A stretch of 64,000 nt of DNA from Gammaproteobacteria bacterium (lineage in GTDB: Bacteria > Pseudomonadota > Gammaproteobacteria > JAJPIJ01), in contig JAXMGY010000001.1 of the NCBI GenBank assembly GCA_046347035.1, positions 18,485-82,484 on the forward strand, given 5' to 3'. The first letter of the stretch is position 1; each line of letters begins with the position of its first letter. Position numbers and translations under genes: made by a program. The notes under the pieces were generated by a model. That model searched no databases. It was not told the DNA's origin and worked only from the letters and a program-made list of their open reading frames with translations. Below, piece by piece: positions 28,343 through 39,582 of this stretch.

Positions 28343-29308
28343 ATGCAGCAAGTACGCTGTTGCTTGCCGTCGAACTTAAATCAATTGAACACCTCGAGGA
28401 ATCTACGCGCAGTCATTGCCTTGCTCGCCGGTGCATCGGCCATCGCACTGGCGCCCATCTGCGTGCGGCTGTCGGAAACCGGACCGGTGGCTTCGGCATT
28501 CTGGCGGGTGGCGCTTTCTACTCCGCTGCTCATGCTGCTTGCTGCACTGACCACTCGCAGTCACCGTGGAGCCATAGTCGGAATGCCACCGCTGCGGAAC
28601 GCAGCCATGGTTGGATTCTTCTTCGCCGCCGATTTGGCCTTCTGGCATTGGTCGATACGCATGACCTCCGTGGCCAACGCGACGTTGCTGGCGAACTTCG
28701 CGGTGTTATTCGTCACCCTATTCACCTGGGTGACCGGCCGTGAACGGATTACTGGCACCTTTCTTTTTGGTCTGATGTTGGCGATGGGCGGCGCGACCGC
28801 GATGATGGGAACCAGCCTACGCATTGATCTTCAGCATATTCATGGTGACATGCTGGCCATCGTCACCGCCATCTTTTACGCTGCCTACATTCTTGGCACC
28901 AAGAGTCTGCGTGAGGCACGCTACCCGGCCGTGATGGTGATGGCATGGGTGACGCTGTTCGCGGCGATTTTCTTGCTGCCGGTTGCACTGCTATCCGGCG
29001 AAGTGATGCTGCCTTCGACGCCACGCGGTTGGGCTGTGCTGCTGGCTCTGGCGGTTTTCTCACACACAGCCGGACAGACGTTAATTGCCTACGCGCTGGC
29101 GCATTTGCCGGCAACGTTCTCGTCGGTCGCACTATTATTGCAGCCCGTGCTCGCGACCTTAATTGCCTGGCAACTTTTCAATGAACACCTTAGCGTGCTG
29201 GCGTTAGTTGGTGCGGTGTCGGTGTTGATTGGCATTACCATCGCCGGACGCGGATCGCATTCGTATCAGAAAGAATCGAAGGTACTCATAAACCCCAAGC
29301 AGAATTAG
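28343..29308 (+). CDS. DMT-superfamily (EamA-like) transporter
   Basis: Ten predicted TM helices and two EamA halves. Start uncertain; the first plausible Met after the divergent gene is used. Confidence 0.7.
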   Translation: MQQVRCCLPSNLNQLNTSRNLRAVIALLAGASAIALAPICVRLSETGPVASAFWRVALSTPLLMLLAALTTRSHRGAIVGMPPLRNAAMVGFFFAADLAFWHWSIRMTSVANATLLANFAVLFVTLFTWVTGRERITGTFLFGLMLAMGGATAMMGTSLRIDLQHIHGDMLAIVTAIFYAAYILGTKSLREARYPAVMVMAWVTLFAAIFLLPVALLSGEVMLPSTPRGWAVLLALAVFSHTAGQTLIAYALAHLPATFSSVALLLQPVLATLIAWQLFNEHLSVLALVGAVSVLIGITIAGRGSHSYQKESKVLINPKQN

Positions 29309-29319
29309 ATAAGTCCTTA

Positions 29320-29455
29320 GAACCCGTCTCAAAATTGCTGCGCTCGCCATCTTGCGCCCTGGCGGTGCTCGAAATCCTCATTTACTACTATGTAAACTCC
29401 GGTTTCTGCGCTCCGACAGGGCGCAACCTGACTTCGCTCGCTAATTTTGAGACGG
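29320..29455 (+). mobile_element. Candidate non-autonomous MITE: 20-bp perfect terminal inverted repeats flanked by TA
   Basis: TA|GAACCCGTCTCAAAATT...~95 bp...AATTTTGAGACGGGTTC|TA. The perfect IR TTAGAACCCGTCTCAAAATT / AATTTTGAGACGGGTTCTAA is seen directly. Confidence 0.35.
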
Positions 29456-29470
29456 GTTCTAAATAGTGCA

Positions 29471-29546
29471 GTCATTCCCACGTACGCGGGAATCCAGTGA
29501 AAAGCGAATTATCTATTGCTGGGTCGCCGCTTTCGCGGGGACGACG
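29471..29546 (+). repeat. MITE-like palindromic repeat, copy E
   Basis: GTCATTCCCACGTACGCGGGAATCCAGTGaaaagcgaattatctattgCTGGGTCGCCGCTTTCGCGGGGACGACG. Confidence 0.75.
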
Positions 29547-29609
29547 CAGATTGCTTTGTCTGCGCGGACGAAGTCGCGCTCTCGTGGAATCTTTAGTAAA
29601 GCGTTCTAG

Positions 29610-32508
29610 CTAGAGTGCGTGTGCCTCGAGGCCCAGGTCGCGATGCTTATCAAACGTCTCGCGATTGACGATGACTGCCGTGCTCGCCGTCTCAGGGCGT
29701 AGGTATTCGCGGCCAATACGTTGCAGATCAGCGATGGTGGTTGATAACACGCGACTGCGGAATTGCCGCCGGAATTCCGGTGTACGTCCATGCAGGGTCT
29801 GGAAGTAAGCCTGGATCGCCTCACCCGATGGTGAGCTCGGCTGATCGATGCTTTGAATGATGCCAAGCACCGCTTCCTCAAGTTCGCGATCCACGTGCGC
29901 GCCTTGTAACCATTCAAGCGCGGCGTCGAAATCCTTCAACGTGCCTTCCAGGCGCGGATCGCGATAAGAGAAGAAACGGAAGCTTCCCGAATCGGAGTCG
30001 TAACGCGCGCCGCTGCCGTAGGCGCCGCCTTGCTCGCGGATGGCGCGATGTAGGTAACCATTGTGCAGGAACTTGCCAAGCACGCTGAATACGGGCGCGT
30101 CAGGATGACTGGCGGGAACCGCGGCATAGGCCTTGGCGCAGAAATTGACCTGCGTGTTGGTGATCCAGGCGTCATGCACACGTTGTGTCGCAGACGTCCA
30201 GCCAAACGTGGATTCGGAACGGTTCGCGCTGTTTCGCGCCAGTGTGGCAGACAGACTTTGCTCCAGCGCGGCATGCTCGCTTTCCTGACTGACGACCAAC
30301 AGCCGTGACGGTTGTTGTGCCATCTTCTCGCGCATGGTCCGCAGTTGTTCTGCAAAATGCTTGCAGCTTGACCTGATCGTTTAATGCAGCGTCGAGCCGC
30401 TTGAGATTGGCGATGGACAGCGGCCCGTCCCAAAGGTTGTCGAGCTGACCGACAGTGCCCATGCCCGCGGCGGCGGCCAGCATGGCCAAGGAATGGCCAC
30501 GATCAGTAATGGACGATTCCTGTGCCGCGCGCAATTGCGCGATCACCTCGCGCAACCGCTGTGGCTCGTCGAAATGAACTGTCTGGATGGTATCAACCAT
30601 CAACTGCGCCAATGCGCGTTGATCACGCGCCAGCGACTTGCCTGCCAAGGCGAGATAGCCGCTTACCGTGCCAGTATCGGCAATGCTGGCGCGCAGCGTG
30701 GCATTGGCAGCGAGACTGCCGAGGCGCGCCTGCAACGCCTGGGTATCAAGGTAGCTGCGCCCGCCACTACCCACTTCAGTGAGCAACGTGTAAAACAACA
30801 CCAGATGTTCAGTTTCTTCGCGCGTCAGCGCCGGCAAGTCGGCTACCCATTGCGCATAGATCAAACCGTTAGTGCCTGCGCTATACCAACTGACGGGATG
30901 CTCGTTGATGCGGCTATTGCGCGCGAGTGGAATGCGCAGATCCTTGGGCACATCGGCGATACCGACCTTCGGCAGCAGATCAGGATTGTTACCATGCCGT
31001 TGCCTGTCATCGAGGGTGCGTGCCTGCTCGAGAACCTTCGCTCGCCGTGCTTTGTCCATTTCCTTGGCGATGGCATCTAACTGCTTACGTTCTTCAATCT
31101 CACGGCGCTTGGCAAGTTCGGTATCCGGACTCATCACCAGCCGCACGCGATGTGGATTGTCCAGCAGGCGGCGCACTTGGCGTTTGATGAATTCGGGATC
31201 TTGAATTTCAAGGCGCAATTCGGCGATGGCGGCGTCAATGTCGAGGAATGCAAACGGATCGCCGCCGTGCGTCGTGGCGCCCAACACGCGGGTGAGCAAT
31301 TGCAAGCCGTGCGGGAAGTGTCCACCGCCGAGTTCGCGTTGCGCGATTTCCAATTGCGTGAGCACGGCCTCCAGTGTTTCAACCGGAACACCGTCGCGCG
31401 CAATTGTTTCCAGGACGTCGAAAACGAGACGCTCCACCGCATCGGCATGTTCGCTTCTGCTGCCCTCAAGACCGCAAATGAACATGGCTTCGCGCGCCGA
31501 GTCATCCAGCCCACAGAGTTCCAGCGGTGCGGTGCCGAGATCGGTGGTCTCCAAGGCTTGCCGCAGTGGCGAGCCGCTGTGCTGCAGCAATACATTTGTC
31601 AGCAATAGATCATGGAGGTGATGACGCGCATCGCCGGTATGACCCAGCAACCAACCGATCGCAATGTAAGTCGCGTTGGTATCTTCACCGCCTTCATGAG
31701 TGTATGAACTCTCGACGCGCAGAGGCGTACCGTAGCGGCGCTCGTCATGCAGATGCAGATCCAGAGTTCGCCGATCAAAATGCCTTAACGCCCAATCCTC
31801 AAACCTCGCCTGGTGGTCGCGTACGGGAAAATCACCATAGGTCATGAACGTGGCGTTCGATGGATGGTAATGGCTGCGATGAAACGACTGCAATTGCTCG
31901 TAGCTCAACGCTGGAATCCTGGCCGGATCGCCGCCGCTGTTGAAGTGGTATGTGGTGGTCGGAAACAGCAGGGCCTGCAATTGCATTTGCACCTGTGCAA
32001 TCGGTGAACTCATCGCTCCCTTCATCTCGTTGTAGACGACGCCGCGATAGACCAGCGGTGTCGATACATCCTGCGGATTGGCAAATTCGATGCGATGTCC
32101 TTCCTGCGCAAAATCCAGTTGATCGAGTTTGGGAAAGAAGACCGCGTCCAGATAAACACCTAACAGATTTTCGAAGTCCTTGCGATTCTGAGTCGCGAAC
32201 GGATATGCCGTGGCATCGCTGCTGGTGAAAGCGTTCATGAAAGTATTGAGTGAACGCCGCAACATCATGAAGAACGGATCGCGCACCGGATATTTCCTAC
32301 TGCCGCATAGCACGGTGTGTTCGAGAATATGTGCAACGCCGGTGTCGTCCATAGGCACGGTGGGGAAGGCCACCATGAAGCAATTGTTGCTGTCCTCCGC
32401 GACCAGATGATAATGCGTGGCGCCGGTTTTGAAGTGCCGATACTGTTGCATCTCCACGTTCAAGGTGTCGATACGCTGGGTTCTGACCAATTCGAAAGTC
32501 GAAGCCAT
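29610..32508 (-). pseudogene. M16-family zinc metallopeptidase (pitrilysin/PreP-like, ~965 aa); frameshift near 30330-30400
   Basis: The 778-aa ORF 30172..32508 has the inverted zinc motif 'HILEHTVLCGS'. ORF 29610..30335 supplies the C-terminal M16C region. The tail of the 778-aa ORF is out-of-frame garbage. Confidence 0.8.
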
Positions 32509-32529
32509 GTTCGCCTCAGTTGATTGTTT

Positions 32530-33024
32530 CTACTGTTCCAGCAGACTACGCAACATCCAAGCGGTTTTTTCGTGGATGTCCAAGCGTTGCGTGAGCAAAT
32601 CAGCGGTGGGCTGATCATTTGCCGTTTCAGCCAACGGAAATACCGCGCGTGCAGTGCGCGCAACCGCTTCATGTCCTTCGACCAGTATTTGCACCATTTC
32701 CAGCGCCTTGGGCGGCGTCGCCGGCGCATCGGCAATGCTGCTCAACTTGCCGAATTGCGCATAGGAACCCGGCGCCGCATGTCCAAGCGCCCGAATACGT
32801 TCTGCAATGGGGTCGACCGCGTTCCACAGTTCCGTATATTGCTCCATGAACATCACATGCAGGGTATTGAACATGGGGCCGGTGACATTCCAGTGGAAGT
32901 TATGCGTTTTCAAGTACAACGTGTAAGTGTCAGCGAGAAGTTTCGACAAGCCTTGCGCGATCTTCTTCCGATCCGAATCGCCAATGCCGATGTCAATTTT
33001 TGCGTTTCTGGTTGCCTTTGCCAT
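32530..33024 (-). CDS. dps: Dps (DNA protection during starvation) ferritin-like protein
   Basis: '[35 protein letters not shown]' is the Dps ferroxidase-site region. 164 aa. Confidence 0.9.
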   Translation of the reverse strand: MAKATRNAKIDIGIGDSDRKKIAQGLSKLLADTYTLYLKTHNFHWNVTGPMFNTLHVMFMEQYTELWNAVDPIAERIRALGHAAPGSYAQFGKLSSIADAPATPPKALEMVQILVEGHEAVARTARAVFPLAETANDQPTADLLTQRLDIHEKTAWMLRSLLEQ

Positions 33025-33166
33025 GATGAGTCCTCCGTCTTGCTTGCCGAAGTTTACCTATCGGATTGATTGCAAGTGTAGAAGTTCCGAGCAGTTCATT
33101 CCAATCAATAATACTTGGATTATCGATAGCTATAAGCTATCGAACGTCAAAGGCTGCCATCTCCAA

Positions 33167-34090
33167 TTAAATTGATTTGGCTCCCGGCAGATCGCAGGCG
33201 TGCACCGCTTTGCTCAATGCGTCGACAGCCGCTGCGCGCGCAAAACTGCTGCGCCAGGCAAGCACGATGCGGCGATCCGGAACCGGCTTTGCGAAAGGCA
33301 GGTACTTGACCAGCGAATTCTTGCTGGTGTGCGCAGCCGCCGCGGTCGACGGCATCACAGTGACGCCAGCGCCAGATGCCACCATCATGCGCAGGGTTTC
33401 CAGCGAACTGCCTTCCATGGTTCGCGTCATGCTGCCCGCCGCGTCAGTGGTGCGATTGAGCGCCGGGAAGCTCTGCAAGACTTGATCGCGAAAGCAATGA
33501 CCGGCGCCGAGCATCAATAAGGATTCATCGCCTAGTTCCTCGCCGCGAATGAATTTTCGTGCCTCCCAGGCGTGGCCTTTGGGTACGGCTACCATGAAAG
33601 GTTCGTCGTACAACGCCCGCACTTCAATGCCGGCTTCGCCAAATGGCTGCGCAACAATCACTGCATCAAGCTCACCTTGCTTCAACAATTCCGCAAGCCG
33701 TGCCGTGTAGTTTTCTTGAATCACCAGCGGCATTTGCGGTGCGATCTTGCGCAGGCGCGGGATTAATTGCGGCAGAAGATAAGGACCGACAGTGAATATC
33801 ACGCCCAGCCGCAGTGTTCCGGAAAGCGGATCCTTGCCCTGCCTGGCGATTTCCTTGATCGCCGCGGCTTCATCCAGCACGCGCTGCGATTGCGCGACAA
33901 CCTGCTCACCGACCGAAGTCAGGTGAACTTCACCCGCCGTGCGCTCAAACAATGTGACGCCCAGTTCATCTTCCAGCTTGCGTATAGCGATGCTGAGCGT
34001 GGGTTGACTGACAAAACACTTCTCTGCCGCTCGACCAAAATGTCGCTCGCGCGCCAAAGTCACCACGTAGCGCAACTCGGTAAGCGTCAT
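33167..34090 (-). CDS. oxyR: LysR-family regulator, OxyR-like
   Basis: HTH 'MTLTELRYVVTLARERHFGRAAEKCFVSQPTLSIAIRKLE'. Redox-Cys context 'GAGHCFRDQ'. Adjacent to dps and trxB. The second OxyR cysteine (C208 equivalent) is not evident. Confidence 0.7.
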   Translation of the reverse strand: MTLTELRYVVTLARERHFGRAAEKCFVSQPTLSIAIRKLEDELGVTLFERTAGEVHLTSVGEQVVAQSQRVLDEAAAIKEIARQGKDPLSGTLRLGVIFTVGPYLLPQLIPRLRKIAPQMPLVIQENYTARLAELLKQGELDAVIVAQPFGEAGIEVRALYDEPFMVAVPKGHAWEARKFIRGEELGDESLLMLGAGHCFRDQVLQSFPALNRTTDAAGSMTRTMEGSSLETLRMMVASGAGVTVMPSTAAAAHTSKNSLVKYLPFAKPVPDRRIVLAWRSSFARAAAVDALSKAVHACDLPGAKSI

Positions 34091-34108
34091 TTTCGCCTGT
34101 GCACAACA

Positions 34109-35071
<963 letters not shown>

Positions 35072-35240
35072 CTATCCTCCCAGGGTTGGACTGCAATTCT
35101 ACCCGGAGGAGGCACTCCGCTGCGACGGATAACCACACGGCTGCCGTAGGATCAGGTTTGTGCATCCGTGGAACGCCGCGGCCCGATCCGCCTGGGAGCG
35201 GGCCGCGGCAGAAGTAAGAACGTCGTCGGACCATTGATAA

Positions 35241-35734
35241 TTATTGGACGGTATCGCCCGATTTTTCCGGCATGACGGAGGAATGGTGTGAGCTGATCAG
35301 CCACTTGTTCTCATGCAGCTCGTAGGTGAAGGTGTAGCGCGCCTGCACGGTGGTAGGTTTTCCGTCCTTTTGCAAGGTAAATGTATAGATGCCCGCGTCC
35401 GTAGCGCTGTTGCAGCCCAGTTTAATGACGCGTTCGTCGATTTGTCCTTGTGGTTTCATGGCAGGTGTCGTTTGAAATAGTCGGTGATCTCAGTGCGATT
35501 GCGCATGTCGTTGGAGACGGTCGGTAGGAGCACACCGTCTTCGGCGTAGTTAGCCGCCACCGCAGCCGGATCAAGTGTGGCAAGCGAGCTGTTCCAGCGA
35601 TCGAACAAACCGGCGATTTGCGAGGCGGTAACGTTTGCACATTGCATGTTTGCGGAACTTCCGCCAGTGCGGGCATGAAGCTGCCAGCAGCTAGCAGCCC
35701 AGTGACAAATAACAGATTTGCGACGATATTTCAT
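35241..35734 (-). pseudogene. SnoaL-like/DUF4440 (NTF2-fold) periplasmic protein, frameshifted near 35456
   Basis: ORFs 35456..35776 and 35241..35459 tile one NTF2-like protein. AAGGAGG RBS 6 nt before the ATG at 35734. Confidence 0.4.
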
Positions 35735-36199
35735 GACGACCTCCTTTTGTTTGGGGAAATTGCGAGTGATTTGCATGGTTCTGTTTCTATGCAGTGAGTC
35801 AGCGGTGACGTAGCCGTAAGTTGACGATATTTTGGAAAAAGTTATCCGACGGCATCAGGCACGATTCTGGTTTTGTCGTTTCGTCTCACTCGCTGCGGTT
35901 TAGCCGCAAGCACATTGCATTGGTCATAGACACAAGTATCAGCAAGGGCGTGCGCCCGAAAAAGCAGATTCGCCGGCATCGATCATTCGGAAAAACCGAT
36001 GACTGCTTTTTGGCGCGTGGTCGGGATATGGCTTCGGTGACCTCCACGGCATGCGTATGGCGAGCGTTGTGCTCCTCGCAATAGCTACGTTATGACGCCC
36101 GGGCGCCTCTGGTATTCAAGAGAAGAGCCTGAAGTTCTCACTGACCGTAGCGCAGCTTCGCCTACACTCCGAAACTATCATCCAAGAGAAACGTCGCCG

Positions 36200-36676
36200 A
36201 CGCCGTCTTTTGATGTCGTCTCCGAGATTAATCGACACGAACTGACCAACGCGTTGGATCAGACCAATCGCGAGGTCGCGACGCGATTTGATTTCAAGGG
36301 CAGCAATGCACGCGTGGAGAACAAGGAACTTCTGCTGACATTGATCGCGCCTTCGGAATTCCAGGTTCAGCAATTGCTGGATGTTTTGAAAGGAAAAATT
36401 GACCAAGCGCGGCATCGATCTGGCCACGCTGAAAATCGATGATGTTGTTGTCAGCGGCAGCGAAGTGCGCAGGTGACCGTACGCGAAGGCTTGACCTCGG
36501 ATCTCGCCCAAAAGGTGGTGAACTGGTCAAGGAGAGCGGATTGAAAGTGCAAGCGCAGATCCAGGACAAGCAGGTGCGCGTCATAGGCAAGAAACGCGAT
36601 GACCTACAAGCGGTTATCGCTCTTCTGCGCGGCGAAGCTGGAGCTGCCGCTGCAATACACCAACTTCCGCGACTGA
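36200..36676 (+). pseudogene. yajQ: YajQ family nucleotide-binding protein (UPF0234), with 2-3 frameshifts
   Basis: '[34 protein letters not shown]' and '[30 protein letters not shown]'. True C-terminus '[11 protein letters not shown]' is read in a third frame, ending at 36676. The initiator codon is not evident. Confidence 0.6.
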
Positions 36677-36678
36677 AA

Positions 36679-36873
36679 ATGATTGCCGAACCACTGGAAC
36701 AGGAATGCGAGTGCCCTTACTGTGGTGAGGAAATCTCCGTGATTGTCGATTTGTCCAATGATGGTTACCAGGACTACGTCGAAGACTGCGAAGTGTGCTG
36801 CCGACCTATGCAGATCCGAATCAATATCGAAGATGGTTTCCTTTCCTTCTTTGCCTGCGAGCGATCTGACTGA
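36679..36873 (+). CDS. CPXCG-motif cysteine-rich small protein (zinc ribbon)
   Basis: '[40 protein letters not shown]'. The ATG lies 3 nt after the yajQ stop. Confidence 0.45.
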   Translation: MIAEPLEQECECPYCGEEISVIVDLSNDGYQDYVEDCEVCCRPMQIRINIEDGFLSFFACERSD

Positions 36874-36882
36874 GTTATTCGT

Positions 36883-37230
36883 GTGTTTGGTGCACTGGTA
36901 TTTCTTTTGATACTAATTGGTGCGGTGTGGTTCTGGGCCGATAGCACCAAGGCGCGCGAATTCGCCATTCAGCGCTGTGTGCAAGCCTGCCGCGAGGCTA
37001 ATGTGCAATTCCTCGATCAAACCGTTGCCCTTGCCGCTTTGGGCGCCGCGCGAAATTCACGCGGACATTTGGTTCCACGGCGGCGCTACGGATTCGATTT
37101 CAGCACCAACGGCCAGGATCGACATCGCGGACAAGTCGTTATGATTGGGCGGCATGTTGAGTTTGTCAGGCTCGAACATCCCGGCGGGCCATTTCTTCTC
37201 ACAGGTAGCAACGTGCATGTCATTCACTAA
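36883..37230 (+). CDS. DUF3301-like small membrane protein
   Basis: N-terminal TM 'MFGALVFLLILIGAVWFWAD', then 'AREFAIQRCVQACREANVQFLDQTVAL...YGFDFSTNGQDRHRGQVVMIG..VEFVRLE'. Confidence 0.45.
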   Translation: MFGALVFLLILIGAVWFWADSTKAREFAIQRCVQACREANVQFLDQTVALAALGAARNSRGHLVPRRRYGFDFSTNGQDRHRGQVVMIGRHVEFVRLEHPGGPFLLTGSNVHVIH

Positions 37231-38098
37231 GAACTCGTGGATCGATCTGCACGCGCATTCCACGGCCTCCGATGGTGGACTGTCGCCAACCGAGGTGATC
37301 GAACGTGCCGCCAATCGTGGCGTGAGAGTCATGGCGCTCACTGATCACGACACCATCAGTGGCCTGGAAGAAGCGCAAGCGGCTGCGAAAAAAATCGGCG
37401 TTCTATTGATCAACGGCATTGAGATCTCGACGGCTATCGACAATCGTCCATTGCATGTGGTCGGTTTGAATGTCGATCCGTCGTCAGCCTCGCTGCACAG
37501 CGCGCTGTCGCAGTTGGCGGATCTGCGCCTTGAGCGCGCAATGGCCATCGGCAGGCGCTTGGAGAAGCTGGGTTTTGCCGATGCGTATGCTGGTGCAAGT
37601 CAGGAAGCACATTCACCGCGGCCCGGTCGCGCGCATTTCGCGCGCTGGTTAATCGGCAAGAGTCATTTTAAAGACATGAGTGAGGTCTTTGAACGCCTGC
37701 TTGGCCGTGGCAAACCAGCCTATGTGGCCACCAAGTGGCCGCAGCTGGAAGAAGTGGTGACCTGCATCCGAAACGCCGGCGGTATGGCCGTGTTGGCGCA
37801 CCCACTGCGGTACAAGTTGACAGCGAGTTGGCTGCGGCGGATCGCGCAACAGTTTAAGGAGATGGGTGGTACTGGCTTGGAAGTCAGCGTGGCCAGACAA
37901 AGTCACCAGGAGACTGACATGGCCGCAAATGTTGCGCGTCGTAGTGGGCTACACGGCTCGGTTGCATCGGATTTTCACAGCATTGGTCAATATGCCGCCG
38001 ACCTGGGTGGTTTCTGTTCGTTACCGAGCGACATTGACCCGGTGTGGACGCAGCTTCCGGGTGAAATTGATGGATGCAAGATCGCTGAATTGAAATAG
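37217..38098 (+). CDS. PHP-domain phosphoesterase (TrpH/YciV-like)
   Basis: 'IDLHAHSTASDGGLSPTEVIERAANRGVRVMALTDHDT' is PHP motif I/II. Start taken at the internal Met; the ORF track begins at 37145. Confidence 0.7.
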   Translation: MSFTKNSWIDLHAHSTASDGGLSPTEVIERAANRGVRVMALTDHDTISGLEEAQAAAKKIGVLLINGIEISTAIDNRPLHVVGLNVDPSSASLHSALSQLADLRLERAMAIGRRLEKLGFADAYAGASQEAHSPRPGRAHFARWLIGKSHFKDMSEVFERLLGRGKPAYVATKWPQLEEVVTCIRNAGGMAVLAHPLRYKLTASWLRRIAQQFKEMGGTGLEVSVARQSHQETDMAANVARRSGLHGSVASDFHSIGQYAADLGGFCSLPSDIDPVWTQLPGEIDGCKIAELK

Positions 38099-38119
38099 CT
38101 GCAGTTGGCCGACAAATGC

Positions 38120-38200
38120 GTCATTCCCGCGTACGTGGGAATCTGGGTCAAATTGAAATCTCATTCATAACTGGATCGCCGCTTTCACGGGGACAACGGG
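38120..38200 (+). repeat. MITE-like palindromic repeat, copy F
   Basis: GTCATTCCCGCGTACGTGGGAATCTGGGTcaaattgaaatctcattcatAACTGGATCGCCGCTTTCACGGGGACAACGG. Confidence 0.7.
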
Positions 38201-38260
38201 ATGGAGTCTATTTGAAACTGAGAGACGCCATAAGGGCGATAGTTGTTTTTAGACTCCTAC

Positions 38261-38686
38261 CTAATCCTCGTGTATTGGCGCGCGGCGGGTGGATTTCACG
38301 GCCGATCGACGTTGTTTGTTTTCCAGGCGTGCGCGCTTCACGCTGCGTGGAACTTTGGTTTTAAGTCGTGGTTTGGGCGCTACCAATGCCGAGCGAATCA
38401 GGGTTGCCAGCCGTTCAAGTGCATCGTCGCGATTGCGCTCTTGGGTGCGAAAGCGAAACGCTTTGATGCTAATTACCCCCTGGCTGGAAGCGCGCTGTCC
38501 AGCCAGTTTCAGCAAACGTTCTTTGACAACATCACTTAGAGCACTTGATTGACGAACGTCAAAACGCAACTGCGCGGCGGTGGCAAGTTTGTTGACATTT
38601 TGTCCGCCCGGCCCGGCAGCGCGAACAAAGCTGAGATCGATTTCCGCGTCCGGGATGGAGAGCGATGCGCTGATATGCAATGCCAT
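38261..38686 (-). CDS. arfB: Alternative ribosome-rescue factor ArfB (peptidyl-tRNA hydrolase, YaeJ family)
   Basis: 'GPGGQNVNK' GGQ motif and a basic C-terminal tail. 141 aa. Confidence 0.8.
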   Translation of the reverse strand: MALHISASLSIPDAEIDLSFVRAAGPGGQNVNKLATAAQLRFDVRQSSALSDVVKERLLKLAGQRASSQGVISIKAFRFRTQERNRDDALERLATLIRSALVAPKPRLKTKVPRSVKRARLENKQRRSAVKSTRRAPIHED

Positions 38687-38738
38687 GCGCCATTGTCGCT
38701 TGAAACGTTGCCGGTCGTCAGCTAACTTCCGCGTTCAG

Positions 38739-39520
38739 ATGATCGATCCAACCGACAACCTGCACGGCGCGGCAATTCTCATTACCCGACCAGCGGGCCA
38801 ATCTTCTCATCTGGCGGAAATGGTTGAAGCGCGCGGCGGTATCGCCCTGCTCCTGCCATTGATTACGATCCGGCCGCTCGTGCTTGCTCCGGATGCTATA
38901 CCCACCGTGCCGCCTGACATGGCTTATCTTCATCAGTGTGAATGCCGTCCGACATGGCCTGTCACAGATCCGTGTTCAGCAATAACGCCAAGAACTATCA
39001 TTGCGTGTGTGGGCATGGCGACGATGTCAGCATTGAAGTCGGCGGGTCTGGAACCCATCACGTCGGAAAATCAAGCGGGTGGTTCGGAAGGATTGCTGGG
39101 TCTTGCAGCGTTGTCCGCCGAGGCAGTGCGCGGAAAGCGTGTGTTGATCGTGCGCGGGGAAGGTGGGCGAGAGCTTCTGGGCGATACGCTGCGGCAACGC
39201 GGCGCCATTGTGCAATACGTTGAGATCTATCAGCGTGTGCGCGTTGAAGGTTCCATCCAGGCGACACTCGACGCCGCTGGTGTTATGCGGCAGATGGATC
39301 GTACTCACCAGCAACGAAGCAGCCGATCAATTGTTACATCTTATGCAAGAGCAGCAGGTCATGCACCTGTGCCACTGCGGCATCGCCACAATGAGCGTGC
39401 GAATCGCTGACCATTTGCGTAAGAAAGGTTTTGATGGTCGTATCGAGATTGCACCGGATACCAGCGATGCGGGCATCATGGTGGCAATTCGGAAGCTGAC
39501 ATCGCTGGTTCTTGACCCCC
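38739..39520 (+). pseudogene. Uroporphyrinogen-III synthase-like (HemD family); multiple frameshifts, 3' end uncertain
   Basis: 'AAILITRPAGQSSHLAEMVEARGGIALLLPLITI' at the N-terminus and 'WIVLTSNEAADQL' later, spread over three frames (38580.., 38942.., 39163..). Confidence 0.4.
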
Positions 39521-39582
39521 GCCCTAGCCCACTGCCGCAAAGACGAGCAACTTTGTCGTGCTGCGCGCCGGCAAGGCGACTC

